Shown: positions 17,020-27,580, counted from the first letter of the stretch. The stretch: 64,000 nt of DNA from an uncultured archaeon (GCA_964410585.1 CAYPFW010000002.1:128001-192000), one strand, 5' to 3'. A program made the numbers and translations. The notes: generated by a model not told the origin, from the letters alone.

Positions 17020-18216
17020 TTATTTCCTAGACATTATTTCCACAACGTCTCGATGTTTTAAAACATGATCCCTCCCAACAGGCATTTTGGACTTGACATC
17101 TATCGCTTTTACAAAATTGTTTCCAAAATCTGTATGGAGTCTAAATGCAAAGTCGATAGCTGTCGCCTTCTCAGGCATCAAAAAACAGTCTGGTAAAACC
17201 CTTCCTTGGGAATCTACCAAATTGTTTACACCCCCAGGGAAAATTGCTTTGTATTTCAGCAATTTGAAAATAGCCGTGTTCAAAATTTCCTCGACACCAG
17301 TTGAACCAAACTTGTCCAAGAATTTTTTTATTTTTTCCAAGCCTTGTCTTTGTGCAGGGTTCAGCTTGCTTTCGTCTTTGATTTTGAAAAATGAATCTCC
17401 TGGTTGGTATTCTATTATTTCTTTTTTAGCCAATGTTCTTAAAGCAACTTCAAAATCACCTGAGCAAGGAATTACAATGTAGTTTGGAAATTTTTCTTTC
17501 AACCTTTGGTAGTTTTTATCTGCTTCATCTATATCGATTTTGTTTGCAGCGATAAGCATTGGTTTTGTGTATATTCTAAGCTCCCTTGCCAAAAGAAGAA
17601 GCTGCTCCTCTGTCCACTTGTTTATTTGTGTCGAATCAAAATTCAATTTTCTTAAAGCTAGAGAAACATGATCTTCGTTCACTCCAAGTCCAGAGAGTTG
17701 TTTTGCTATTTCTTTTATTGGTTCTTTCCCAGTCATTTTAACTGCGCGCGCAAAAGAATCCCAACCTCTTTTGATTATTTCCAAGTACCAATAGTCTAGC
17801 TCCTTTTCCAAAAATTCAACATCATTTAGAGGATCGTGGCTTAGCGGAGATACAGCTTCGCCCTTTGCGTTTGTAGAACCAGAAATGTCTATTATGTGTA
17901 TGAGTGCATTTGCTTGGTTTAGGTCGGAGAGAAATTGCAGGCCGAGGCCCTCACCTTTGTGTGCATTCTCGATCAATCCAGCCACATCTAAAAGATCAAC
18001 TGGAACAAATCTATGTCCATTCACACACCAACCAGAGCGTGGATTGCACTGTCTCCCAAACTCTTTGCAAACACAATCTATTTTGACATAACCTACTGCG
18101 GTGTTTGGCTTGATTGTGGTAAAAGGATAGTTTGCAATGGCAACATCCACCATTGTAGCTGCTTTGAAAAATGTTGACTTCCCTGCAGATGGTTTGCCGA
18201 CTACGCCGATTAACAT
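17020..18216 (-). CDS. ychF: Archaeal YchF-like redox-regulated ATPase/GTPase
   Basis: GKPSAGKST, ANYPFTTI, DVAGL, ANKID, C-terminal TGS. Confidence 0.92.
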   Translation of the reverse strand: MLIGVVGKPSAGKSTFFKAATMVDVAIANYPFTTIKPNTAVGYVKIDCVCKEFGRQCNPRSGWCVNGHRFVPVDLLDVAGLIENAHKGEGLGLQFLSDLNQANALIHIIDISGSTNAKGEAVSPLSHDPLNDVEFLEKELDYWYLEIIKRGWDSFARAVKMTGKEPIKEIAKQLSGLGVNEDHVSLALRKLNFDSTQINKWTEEQLLLLARELRIYTKPMLIAANKIDIDEADKNYQRLKEKFPNYIVIPCSGDFEVALRTLAKKEIIEYQPGDSFFKIKDESKLNPAQRQGLEKIKKFLDKFGSTGVEEILNTAIFKLLKYKAIFPGGVNNLVDSQGRVLPDCFLMPEKATAIDFAFRLHTDFGNNFVKAIDVKSKMPVGRDHVLKHRDVVEIMSRK

Positions 18217-18362
18217 ATTTCACCTATTACAATTTCATCTAAAGATTATGTATTTTGGACCTAATATTATGTATAAATTACATAGGGTATAAAGATTTTG
18301 GTATAGAAGATCTTCAGTATAGTTATTGGTTATACCAATTAGAAAATGAGTTCTAACAATTA

Positions 18363-18647
18363 TTAAATCTTCTCAATCTTTCCTTTTTTCCCAGAAGAAA
18401 TTTGAAGGTTGCCGTTCCATTCTTTGATCCAGCAGTCTGTTAGTTTAAGAACATCGCCTTCTGCAAAATCATCGACATTGTCATTCCACAAAGTAAGGTC
18501 AGCTTCCCCAGATCCGTCTTTTATCTTAAGGTTTCTAAGCTTGCCGACATTCCCGTATTTGTTGAATTCCTTGACTTCGCCAAGTGAAACAACTTCCACC
18601 TTTTCCAAACTTGCTGTTTGGTTTGGTTGTAGATCTTTAATTTTCAT
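18363..18647 (-). CDS. ssb: Single OB-fold ssDNA-binding protein
   Basis: MKIKDL..., IKDGSG...LTLW, IKEWNG.LQIS.GK.G. Confidence 0.8.
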   Translation of the reverse strand: MKIKDLQPNQTASLEKVEVVSLGEVKEFNKYGNVGKLRNLKIKDGSGEADLTLWNDNVDDFAEGDVLKLTDCWIKEWNGNLQISSGKKGKIEKI

Positions 18648-18677
18648 AACAATTATTATACTATGTGTTTAAATACA

Positions 18678-19538
18678 TCACTTCTGGTTCAAAATCTCAT
18701 ATACATTGAGCAAATCGCTTGCTAAAATCATGTTCACTCCTAAAGACTGTCTTATTGATTTTAGTTTTTCTTGTCTTTGTGCAGATGACAAATCTACAGT
18801 ATGCATTTTCTCCAAAAGAGCTTTCAGGGCTGTATCATCTCTTATTTTCTCCAAAAATTTCTTGTACATTTCCAAAAACTCGTCTGTGTCTATTGATTTT
18901 CTTTCAACCCACTTTTTGAAAACAGAAAAATCAATTCCTGTTTCCTGGAATGAGTTCTGAAAATTCACTCTAGTTTCCAGGGTATGTAGAGCCTCTTCTA
19001 AGGTTTTAATCAAATCAATTTTCAGGCTTTCAGGATATTGGAAATCTTCAAAATCTAAAGTTGAAAGTTTTGTTTCAATTCCAAACATTTTAGCTAGAAA
19101 AATGAACATAATCTTTTCTGAGATAAGCTCATCGCCTGTATATGTCTGCCTCAAAAGGGCGTCGCTTCCTTTGTTTATAATATAATCGGGGAATCCAGGA
19201 TCTCCCATGTAGCTGCAAAATCTGCAAATGAAGAGGAGCTTTTCTATTTTTTCAAACTCAAAAATTTCCAAAATCTGCTTGTTGTAGTCCGCAACTTTTT
19301 GGCGAAATATGTATTCGCCTAGTTTGACCTTTGTATACTTGTCCAAAACTTTGTGTTTTTTTACAAACTCTATCAAAAGATTTTCCTCAAAATTCTCTCC
19401 CGGAATTATTGAATATCCTTGTTCAGTATACTTGTTTTTGACTAGTTTTTTGATTGCAAACTGGTTCAAGTCGTCCTTCTTAGAGTTGAATTTGAACTTC
19501 TCCAAACTTATCTCAAATGGTTTTGTGATGTCTATCAT
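18678..19538 (-). CDS. Hypothetical protein, possible degenerate VRR-NUC/PD-(D/E)XK-like domain
   Basis: 286 aa ORF containing DPGFPDYII. Confidence 0.5.
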   Translation of the reverse strand: MIDITKPFEISLEKFKFNSKKDDLNQFAIKKLVKNKYTEQGYSIIPGENFEENLLIEFVKKHKVLDKYTKVKLGEYIFRQKVADYNKQILEIFEFEKIEKLLFICRFCSYMGDPGFPDYIINKGSDALLRQTYTGDELISEKIMFIFLAKMFGIETKLSTLDFEDFQYPESLKIDLIKTLEEALHTLETRVNFQNSFQETGIDFSVFKKWVERKSIDTDEFLEMYKKFLEKIRDDTALKALLEKMHTVDLSSAQRQEKLKSIRQSLGVNMILASDLLNVYEILNQK

Positions 19539-19580
19539 ACTTTAATAGTTCTTTAACAAATAGTATTATAAAGAGTTTTT

Positions 19581-19830
19581 GTGGTGGAAGGCGTAAAAAT
19601 TTTATAGAGACAAGGTTTAAGCGTGGAAGGCGTAATCGAGTGACGAGCAGTGGCGAGGAACGAGATCGGCATCTCGCGAAGCGATGTTGCCGAGATGTCT
19701 CGTGAACAATTAACGGAGAAAGAGGTTAGTGGGAGACACGACCTTTTTACAGAAAAGGCTTATGGGTAGAAAACATCGAAGAAAATTCAGGAAGTTGAGA
19801 TCGCCTGTTGGACACGGAAGAATTGGGTAG
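19581..19830 (+). repeat. Mosaic of palindromic repeat modules
   Basis: Exact 10-22 nt blocks shared with 6720-6730, 7885-7894, 8102-8116 and tRNA-Gly intron 10714-10735. Confidence 0.75.
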
Positions 19831-20583
19831 CTATTCGCCAAGATAAGCAGCTATCACCTTCCTATTGCTTTTAATCTTCTCAGGTTTTCCAACAGCTATT
19901 TCTTTTCCATAGTCCAAAACAACTAGCCTATTGCAAAAACTCATCATAACATTCATGTTGTGTTCAATTATAACAATTGTCAGGCCCTTTTTGTTCAAAT
20001 CTTCGATCAAACCAAGTATTTGTTTTGTCATTGTTGGGTTCACTCCGGCTATTGGTTCATCTAAAAGCAGGATTTGAGGATCAGCTGCGAGAGCCCTAAC
20101 AATTTCAAGAAGTTTCTGTTGTCCATAGCTGAGGTTTTCGGCAAGCTCATTTTCCATATGGTCTAGTTTGACCATTTTCAAAAGCTCTAAGGCTTTTTTT
20201 CTTTTTGCATCTTCCTCTTCTTCTACATGTCTTTTCCTGAGAATCTGGTTCCAAAAACCTTCTCCGTGAACATATTTCTGCGCAATAAGCATATTGTCCA
20301 TAACAGTGAGCTTTGGAAAAAGGCGGATAAGCTGAAATGTCCTTCCCAATCCAAACCTTGCCCTTTGATCTGCCGGCCAGTTTGTTATATTTTCGCCTTT
20401 GTAAAATATTTTTCCAGAATCAGATGACAGGACGCCTGTTATTAGGTTGAACATTGTTGTTTTACCAGAACCATTTGGGCCAATTAGTCCTAGAATTTCA
20501 CCTTCTTGAACAGCAAAACTGCAAGAATCCAAAGCCTTTATCCCGTCGAAATTCTTAGAAACATTTTCAACTTGAAGGAGCAT
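19831..20583 (-). CDS. livG: Branched-chain amino acid ABC transporter ATPase LivG
   Basis: [35 protein letters not shown]. Confidence 0.93.
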   Translation of the reverse strand: MLLQVENVSKNFDGIKALDSCSFAVQEGEILGLIGPNGSGKTTMFNLITGVLSSDSGKIFYKGENITNWPADQRARFGLGRTFQLIRLFPKLTVMDNMLIAQKYVHGEGFWNQILRKRHVEEEEDAKRKKALELLKMVKLDHMENELAENLSYGQQKLLEIVRALAADPQILLLDEPIAGVNPTMTKQILGLIEDLNKKGLTIVIIEHNMNVMMSFCNRLVVLDYGKEIAVGKPEKIKSNRKVIAAYLGE

Positions 20584-20607
20584 AGGTATAATTATTGTCT
20601 CATATAA

Positions 20608-21330
20608 TTAAGCCTTCCTCTCAGCAATTTTCCACATCAATTCAAAGTGTTTTCTATAAGCGTCTGCTAAATCTTTGTTTTCAATAACAACCACAGAAAA
20701 AGGTTCCCAGATGAAAAATCCGACAAAGTTGCTGAAAATTCCTATAGGAGTTGGACTGAAAAACTTCTCGTCCATGTACTTGTACTTAATGTGAGGATTT
20801 TTGTATACAAATCTTGTACCTTTTCTGGTTATCACCCTCTCCTTTATGCCTGCTTTCTCCTCCTTTCTCATATACGATTTGATAAGGTTTGGAAATTTCT
20901 TATCAAAAATTTCTTCGTCTATGCCGAAACTAAGAAATTCCTCTTTCTCTTGGCTCAAAATTTTATTCATGACAGTCTTGAAGCCCTCAAAGCCCTCAAA
21001 AACTTCTACTTTCAGACTCTTCTGCTCTAATTCTGCAAGATTAACCAAATTAGGGAGGGCTTCTTCCAACCTTTCCTTTTTTTCTTTTATCAGACTTTCT
21101 AAATTCGAAGGATGGGAGGCTGAAAAAAACTTGACATTGTTTTTGACAACATAGCTAACCAATCCTTTTTTGATAAGCTTGTCGATGAAGTCGTATATTG
21201 TTGTCCTGTGCATCTTTGTTTCTATTTTTATTTTGTTCACTTGGGATTCGCCAAGCCTCAATAGAGCCAAGTATACTTTTGCTTCTCCTTCTGAAAGACC
21301 GAGGTCTTTTAGAACTTCTTTAGTCTCCAT
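20608..21330 (-). CDS. TrmB-family regulator 1
   Basis: LKDLGLSEGEAKVYLALL, HRTTIYD, KGLVS, VEVFEG.EG, F..MW. Confidence 0.9.
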   Translation of the reverse strand: METKEVLKDLGLSEGEAKVYLALLRLGESQVNKIKIETKMHRTTIYDFIDKLIKKGLVSYVVKNNVKFFSASHPSNLESLIKEKKERLEEALPNLVNLAELEQKSLKVEVFEGFEGFKTVMNKILSQEKEEFLSFGIDEEIFDKKFPNLIKSYMRKEEKAGIKERVITRKGTRFVYKNPHIKYKYMDEKFFSPTPIGIFSNFVGFFIWEPFSVVVIENKDLADAYRKHFELMWKIAERKA

Positions 21331-21362
21331 TATCATGTTTTGTTTCCCGTACTTAAAAGTGT

Positions 21363-21378
21363 TGTCGTTTAAACGACA
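21363..21378. promoter_or_regulatory. Putative operator, TrmB1/SBP1 unit
   Basis: Perfect 16 bp palindrome TGTCGTTTAAACGACA in the divergent spacer. Confidence 0.7.
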
Positions 21379-21416
21379 GCGCAGGTTGATATTGATAATC
21401 AACAAATAACCACATT

Positions 21417-22547
21417 ATGGTAACAAAAACGAAAATTGTAACTGTAGCTTTGGTGTTGGCAATAGCTTTTCTGGGTTTTTACTTTTCACAGTCTACAGAA
21501 AAAATTGATCCAAGCCAAAAGGAAGTTAAGGTAGGTGCTCTTTTTCCTCTGAGCGGACTTGTTGGAAACATTGGTATAGAAGCCCAAAGAGGTTTGGAGT
21601 TAGCAGTAGAGGAAATAAACAAAAACAGTAAATACAAAATAAGCCTTGTTTTTGAGGATACAGAATTTCCAAATCCAGAAAAATCTGTCTCTGCAACTCA
21701 TAAGCTCTTGGAGATTGATAATGTTGATATTGTTCTTTCTTCCATAATAGAAGACATAAAGCCTGCAATGAAATTGTACGAAGAAAAAAAGGTTCCAATA
21801 GTGGCTATATGGGATTCTAATAAAGAACTAGAGAACTCAGGAAATTATATATTTTCCACAGGTTTTTCAACAGAGGAAGCAGGAAAAACAATGGCAGACT
21901 TTGCATCCCAAAAACTCAACATAAATAAAATCTATATAATAAGCCACATAGATGCTTGGTCTGAAATAATACAGGAAAGCTTTTCAAATAGGATCAAAGA
22001 AAATAGAGGTGAAATAATCGAAGCAAAATCAGTTGAAGTTGGTGAGCAAGATTTCAGAACACTTATCCTAGATGCAAAACAAAGAAAAGCAGATGCAATA
22101 TACGCACCTCTGGTGCCTGTGAACTCTGAGTTATTCGTAAAGCAAGCAAAAGAGCTTGGTTTCAAAGGCTACATATTGATGGGTGATGGTTTAATACAAG
22201 ATACCATCGATGCATCTGGTGAAGCATCAGAAGGGATATACTTTACAGCAATATATTCCCCAGAGAGCCAAGAGATGGAAAAATTAAAAACCTATTACAA
22301 GGAAAAATATGCAGCAGAACCAACAGATCCAGCTGTCCTTTCTTTGGCATATGACATTGTATTTGTTGTTTCAGAGGCCATAGAAATTGCAGATAGCACA
22401 GATTCCCAAAAAGTAGCAAACGCTTTGTATAAAATCAAGAACTTTAAAGGTGCCTCTGGAGAAATTTCAATAAACGAAAACGGTGGTTCTGAAAGAAAGG
22501 AAAAAGTTTTTGTTGTGAAGGATATGAAGCCTGTTTTAGTTGAATAA
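21417..22547 (+). CDS. LivK-like ABC substrate-binding protein 1
   Basis: N-terminal TM, VKVGALFPLSG, AVEEIN, DFRT, AYD, GASG.I. Confidence 0.92.
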   Translation: MVTKTKIVTVALVLAIAFLGFYFSQSTEKIDPSQKEVKVGALFPLSGLVGNIGIEAQRGLELAVEEINKNSKYKISLVFEDTEFPNPEKSVSATHKLLEIDNVDIVLSSIIEDIKPAMKLYEEKKVPIVAIWDSNKELENSGNYIFSTGFSTEEAGKTMADFASQKLNINKIYIISHIDAWSEIIQESFSNRIKENRGEIIEAKSVEVGEQDFRTLILDAKQRKADAIYAPLVPVNSELFVKQAKELGFKGYILMGDGLIQDTIDASGEASEGIYFTAIYSPESQEMEKLKTYYKEKYAAEPTDPAVLSLAYDIVFVVSEAIEIADSTDSQKVANALYKIKNFKGASGEISINENGGSERKEKVFVVKDMKPVLVE

Positions 22548-23432
22548 CTATTTCTTTATTTTCTTAATCACATACTCACCAAATAACCCATTTGGCTTTT
22601 TCAGCAAAATTGCTAATAGCAAAACAGCGTATATAATTTGTCTACCTGCACCTACAAGATTTGATGGCAAGCCAATAAACCTCAGGGGCTCTGGAAGGAA
22701 AATTAGAAGGAAAGCGCCTGCCACAGAGCCTTTTATCGATGAGGTTCCGCCTATGATAACCATTGAGAGCAGAAGGATCAGAGTTGTGAATGAAAAACTT
22801 GTTGGATCAATGAATGTGATGTAGTGTGCATACAAAGAGCCTGCAATTCCTGCGAAAAAAGCAGAGATTGTCAAAATCAGAGCCTTGTATTTCACTGTAT
22901 TTTTTCCAAGTGTCTGTGCAGCTGTTTCATCTTCTCTTATTGATTTTAAAACTCTACCAAAAGGAGAATTTACTGTGCGGTGAACAACAAAAATTGTGAG
23001 GACTAGAAAGCCGATAGACAGGAGAAGATATGACTCTAAACTGGAAAATACAAAACCAAACAATTCTGGTTTTGGAATTCCTGGAATTCCCAAAGGCCCT
23101 CTTGTGACTTCTGTCCAATTTTTCAAAACAGCTTCAACAATAAATGCAAAGCCTAAAGTCCCTAAGGCTAAATAATCACCTTTCAATCTCATTGTTGGTT
23201 TGCTGAGAAGGAAACCAAACAAAGCTGCAAATAAACCAGCTGCAAGAATTGCAATCCAAAACGAAAGCCCTAAACTCAAAACAAGAAGAGCAGACACATA
23301 TGCACCAATTGCAAAGAACGCAGCATGACCCAAATTAAACAAGCCTGTGTACCCCATTGAAAGGTTTAAACTCACACTCAAAATTGAAAAAATAGAACCA
23401 AATATCAGAAGGTTTTCAATATAAGGGAACAT
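22548..23432 (-). CDS. livM: ABC permease LivM
   Basis: GYTGLFNLGHAAF, RLKGDYLAL.TL, IREDE.AA. Confidence 0.93.
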   Translation of the reverse strand: MFPYIENLLIFGSIFSILSVSLNLSMGYTGLFNLGHAAFFAIGAYVSALLVLSLGLSFWIAILAAGLFAALFGFLLSKPTMRLKGDYLALGTLGFAFIVEAVLKNWTEVTRGPLGIPGIPKPELFGFVFSSLESYLLLSIGFLVLTIFVVHRTVNSPFGRVLKSIREDETAAQTLGKNTVKYKALILTISAFFAGIAGSLYAHYITFIDPTSFSFTTLILLLSMVIIGGTSSIKGSVAGAFLLIFLPEPLRFIGLPSNLVGAGRQIIYAVLLLAILLKKPNGLFGEYVIKKIKK

Positions 23433-23433
23433 A

Positions 23434-24297
23434 TTATTCTTTCCTCCCAAAAATTCCTTGAGGTCTGAACAATAGGAATACAATCAAAATAACAAATGCT
23501 ATTGCATCTTTGTATCCAGAGGGCAAAAACCAAATTCCGACATTTTCAACAATTCCCAAGAGGAAAGACCCAGCGACAGCGCCTCTTATTGATCCTAAGC
23601 CACCAACAACGCCTCCGGTGAAGCCTTTGATAATTGCGCTGAAGCCCATTGTTGGTTCTAAGTTCTGTTCAATTGCAATCAGAACGCCTGCAGAAGCTGC
23701 CAAGGCAGATGCGAGGCCAAATGTGTATGTTGTTATCCTTTCAACATTTATTCCAATGACTTGGGCAACTGACTTGTTGTCTGCTGTTGCTTGCATTGCT
23801 TTTCCAATTTTTGTTTTTTGAAGGAAGATTTCAACCAAGAGAAGTGTGACCAGAGAGACAACAATTATCACAGCCTGTGTCTGTGTCAAAATCGCCCCTA
23901 GGAAATCAAAGCCCTGTGTGACTGGTCCTAGGCGTATTGTTTTTACATCTGCGCCAAAAAGAGCCAAAACGACATTTTCAACAAAAATAAAAATTCCAAG
24001 AGAAGCTAAAAGCATGATGAGGGAGTTTGATTTCTTTTTTCTAAGAGGCTTGTATACAGCATAGTTCATTGCTACACCAACTAAAGATGCGCCAATCACA
24101 GCGAGGATAAATGCTCCGACAATGTGGAGGCCCAAAGAGAAAAACAAAAACGCAAGGTATGCACCAACAACATACAAAGAACCATGTGCTAAATTGAGAA
24201 ACCTTAGCAAACTATATGTTAGGCTAAAACCAATTGCAACAAGTGCATATATGCCTCCTGCTATTACACCATTCAACAAGAGCTGTTCGACGACCAT
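23434..24297 (-). CDS. livH: ABC permease LivH
   Basis: YALVAIG.SL...LNLAHG, TK.GKAM.A.ADN, GGLGS. Confidence 0.93.
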   Translation of the reverse strand: MVVEQLLLNGVIAGGIYALVAIGFSLTYSLLRFLNLAHGSLYVVGAYLAFLFFSLGLHIVGAFILAVIGASLVGVAMNYAVYKPLRKKKSNSLIMLLASLGIFIFVENVVLALFGADVKTIRLGPVTQGFDFLGAILTQTQAVIIVVSLVTLLLVEIFLQKTKIGKAMQATADNKSVAQVIGINVERITTYTFGLASALAASAGVLIAIEQNLEPTMGFSAIIKGFTGGVVGGLGSIRGAVAGSFLLGIVENVGIWFLPSGYKDAIAFVILIVFLLFRPQGIFGRKE

Positions 24298-24298
24298 G

Positions 24299-24799
24299 TC
24301 AACCTTCCAAAACTTTTTTCAGTTTTCTCCTAATCTCTTCTATTTGATCTGCATCCAAAGTGGAAATTAATTTCTCTATAACTAAAACAAAATTGGGGGC
24401 AAAATTGACATTTTCCTTTATATCTTCAAGTGGCACTAGCCTATTTGTATAATAGATAAGATCTATTCTTTGTTTTTTAGATTGTTGTATCTCTTTAATT
24501 ATTTTTAGATCTAGTTTATTTTCAAATAAAAATTCTATTAAAAGAATAGAACAGTCATGTATTTCAGAATCTATTCCACATTTTTGAAGTAGTGCATATA
24601 TAGCTTGATATCTCGAATAGTAAGCTGCATCAACTGCCCAATCGTATATACCCTCTTTCATGTTAACATTCATTGATTTTAGGGAATTGTGAGACTTTTT
24701 AATATATGCATCACAAAGATTGTCGTTTGGATTAGTTATTTTTATTCCTTTCTTTTGTTTTGAGCACCAAAACAATTTTCCTAAAACATCATCTCCCAT
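24299..24799 (-). CDS. HEPN-domain protein (toxin of MNT-HEPN pair)
   Basis: WAVDAAYYSRY.A..ALL..GI.SE.H.C, R....Y; overlaps MNT stop. Confidence 0.8.
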   Translation of the reverse strand: MGDDVLGKLFWCSKQKKGIKITNPNDNLCDAYIKKSHNSLKSMNVNMKEGIYDWAVDAAYYSRYQAIYALLQKCGIDSEIHDCSILLIEFLFENKLDLKIIKEIQQSKKQRIDLIYYTNRLVPLEDIKENVNFAPNFVLVIEKLISTLDADQIEEIRRKLKKVLEG

Positions 24800-25406
24800 A
24801 ATACCTCCATAAAATATCAACAAAAAATTCTACATTGTTCAAGATTATGTGGCCTTTGATGATTTCAATAATCAGATTGTCTTTTTCCTTTATTCCGTCC
24901 TCAAAATCTTTGTGTGAAGATTTTTGCATTTGAATGTTGATTTTGTAAAGTTTGGAAAAATCGTTTATTTTTTTTGTAATTTGTTTTTCTTCCTTTGTTT
25001 TGATGAGGAGAATGTCAATGTCGCTTTCTTTTGTCTCCTTTCCTTTTGCGTAGCTGCCAAAAAGAATGATAGGGGTATCTTTCATAACTGTACGAAGTTC
25101 ACCAAGGAGTTTTTTAAGCGTGAAATGTATCTCTAAAAATCTCATTAACTTCACCAATTCGGCATTCTTGATATAATCCTTTGTAAGGAAATTGTCTATA
25201 TTTAGAAAATATTGCTTGCTTTTGCCAACGTTCTGGTGTTTCATTATGCTTTTGTATTCCAATCTTTTCAAAGCAATTGATGCTGTCCTGTGGTTAACTT
25301 TCAGAAGTCTTGCTATTTCTCTTACATGAAGCTTAAGGTTATAGTCTCCTGAATAGAGCTTCAAAACTTCTAGTTCTGTTCCAATTGTGGATACTTTTTT
25401 ATCCAT
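24789..25406 (-). CDS. wHTH-minimal nucleotidyltransferase (MNT antitoxin)
   Basis: HVREIARLL HTH; LFGSYAKG...SDIDIL. Confidence 0.88.
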   Translation of the reverse strand: MDKKVSTIGTELEVLKLYSGDYNLKLHVREIARLLKVNHRTASIALKRLEYKSIMKHQNVGKSKQYFLNIDNFLTKDYIKNAELVKLMRFLEIHFTLKKLLGELRTVMKDTPIILFGSYAKGKETKESDIDILLIKTKEEKQITKKINDFSKLYKINIQMQKSSHKDFEDGIKEKDNLIIEIIKGHIILNNVEFFVDILWRYYGR

Positions 25407-25426
25407 ATGGATACTTTAGTATCCAT
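25388..25426. promoter_or_regulatory. Tandem operators over the MNT start codon
   Basis: TGGATAC-TTTTTT-ATCCA and ATGGATAC-TTTA-GTATCCAT immediately downstream of the TATA box. Confidence 0.7.
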
Positions 25427-25580
25427 GGTTTATAAAGCCTTATGATGTTAGTCTTAAAACAAGCATGACAAGTGTCTTAAAATTATGATGGTGTATATGT
25501 TTCTGATTGAAAAAGAGTAATATAGTAGCTTTCAAATTTTGGATAAAAGAAAAAATGAAAGTGGAAGCGGTATCTGGTGA

Positions 25581-26732
25581 TTAGATTGGTGTCAACACTA
25601 ACTCCCCGTTCACCACTCTCATCTCTGCCCAACTGTTGAAGTATGGATCACCGTTTTCTTTGAATCTAAAATTTATTGTGATCCCTTTGTAGTCTATTGT
25701 TTTGAAGTAATCCTTGACACACTCTGAATCTTCCCCGCATTTTGCCAAAGCTTCTTTCAGCATGTAGACAGCGTCGTATGTTGAAGCTACATAAAAGAAG
25801 TTATATGGTATTTCTGTTCCAAACTTCCCTTTGTATTTTTTGTTCAGCTCTTCAGACTCCCTTTTGGTTTTATCAGCATATGGAGTCACTGAAAATGCTG
25901 TTTCATCGAAGCCTTTGTCTGAAAGGTTATAGACTTCTTTTGTTATTGGTATTGTGTTTGAAAACACTGGCATCTTCATGTTCAACTCTTTCATCTGCTT
26001 CAAAATCAAGACAGCTGAGTTTGGTGTTTGTGGCGAAAAGAACAGTGAATCAGGATTCTTTTCTTTTATTTTGAGTAGCTGTGTCCTGAAATCTGTTTGT
26101 TCTGGGGGATATTCATCTTCACTCAGCACCTTTCCGCCTAATTTTTCAAAGGATTTTTTCACATCAATGCTCATGCTTTTTGCATATGCTGCTTGTTCTG
26201 TTAGCATTGATGTTGTTTTGTATTTTTTGATTGCTATTTCTGAAATCTTTTCTGCATTTTCTATTGTCGGCGGGCTTGTCCTGAATGCATAATCGCTACC
26301 ATCAACCGCACCATCAGATGACGTTATACCTGCAAGCAGGAAGACTTTGTTTTTGTCTACAATTGGTACAATAGCTGTTGTTTCTGGACTGCAGTGTCCG
26401 CCTAAGATGAATTTCACTTGGTCTACTTGTATAAGCTTGTTTGCTGAGTTAACAGCATCTTTGGGGTTGCATTTACCATCTTCATAAATTGGTTCCAACA
26501 TCCTTCCATTTACACCGCTGTTTTGGTTTATTTCATCGACAGCTAATTCAACCAGGTTTTTTGCACCAAGACCCCAAAGGGAAGGTGTTCCTGTTAGCGG
26601 TCCTATAAAACCTACTTTTATTGGTTGTTGTTTCTGGATTGTATTGCCTGTTAGTGTTAGAGAACCAACTCCAATCGCCAATATTCCAATGATAACCAAG
26701 ACCAATAATTTTTTGTTCATTTTAATCACCAT
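25581..26732 (-). CDS. LivK-like ABC substrate-binding protein 2
   Basis: IKVGFIGPLTG, EDGKC.P, GGHCS, DFRTQL. Confidence 0.92.
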   Translation of the reverse strand: MVIKMNKKLLVLVIIGILAIGVGSLTLTGNTIQKQQPIKVGFIGPLTGTPSLWGLGAKNLVELAVDEINQNSGVNGRMLEPIYEDGKCNPKDAVNSANKLIQVDQVKFILGGHCSPETTAIVPIVDKNKVFLLAGITSSDGAVDGSDYAFRTSPPTIENAEKISEIAIKKYKTTSMLTEQAAYAKSMSIDVKKSFEKLGGKVLSEDEYPPEQTDFRTQLLKIKEKNPDSLFFSPQTPNSAVLILKQMKELNMKMPVFSNTIPITKEVYNLSDKGFDETAFSVTPYADKTKRESEELNKKYKGKFGTEIPYNFFYVASTYDAVYMLKEALAKCGEDSECVKDYFKTIDYKGITINFRFKENGDPYFNSWAEMRVVNGELVLTPI

Positions 26733-26830
26733 TCAAAATATTATCTACTTATTAGTGATATTTTGTAGATATAAATATTGCCTCCCTCCAAGTGGGCACC
26801 AATATAAAGGAGGAAAAATAAATAATCAAC

Positions 26831-27580
26831 ATGTATGAAGAGTTGTTAGCTGACATTGGCCTGACTAAATCAGAGATAGCTGTATACTTTGCACTCTTGG
26901 AATTGGGTAGCTCGACAACTGGGCCTATAATAAAAAGGTCTGAAATCGCATCAGGGAAGGCCTATATTGTCCTGAACAAACTTGTTCTAAAGGGTTTGGT
27001 TACATATGTGATAAAAGCAGGGACAAAATATTATCAAGCAAAAGACCCTGAAAGGTTGATCGATTATTTGAAGGAGAAAGAGGAGAATCTAAAAGAAAAA
27101 GAGGAGAAATTGAAAGATATCATACCAAAATTGAAGGCGAGATACGAAAAGGAAAAATACAAACCGCTTGCTGAAATTTATGAAGGCGTGAAAGGATTCA
27201 AAACATATATGGATTTTATGTTGAAAGAGACCGGAAAAGGTAATACAATAGACATAATGGGTGTTTCAAGGGAAGTGAATGAAAAGTTTGGATCATATCT
27301 TCTTGCTTGGAACAAGAAAAGGATAGGAATGGGGATAAAGCTAAGGATTTTATACAACCATGATTGCAAAGAGTTTGGAAAACTGAGGGAAAAAATGAAG
27401 TTAACTGAAGTAAGATATATGAAACCGGAAATAGAGACTCCTGCTCTGATAGATATATTTGGTGATTATGTTGTTACAGTTAATGTACACAATATTCCTG
27501 TATGCTTTCTGATCAAAAACAAGGAGTCTGGAGAGGCTTACAGAAAATATTTTGAAATAATTTGGAATCAGTCTAGTTAG
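26831..27580 (+). CDS. TrmB-family regulator 2
   Basis: IGLTKSEIAVY.ALL.LG, KGLV.Y, YEG.KG, YFE.IW. Confidence 0.9.
   Translation: MYEELLADIGLTKSEIAVYFALLELGSSTTGPIIKRSEIASGKAYIVLNKLVLKGLVTYVIKAGTKYYQAKDPERLIDYLKEKEENLKEKEEKLKDIIPKLKARYEKEKYKPLAEIYEGVKGFKTYMDFMLKETGKGNTIDIMGVSREVNEKFGSYLLAWNKKRIGMGIKLRILYNHDCKEFGKLREKMKLTEVRYMKPEIETPALIDIFGDYVVTVNVHNIPVCFLIKNKESGEAYRKYFEIIWNQSS

Noticed and set aside
19641-19762. RNase P RNA (ACAGAA..GGCTTA resembles CR-V; GAGGAA upstream)
   Set aside because: No GAGGAAAGTCC/P4 partner; the motif pairs locally and is duplicated in a tRNA intron
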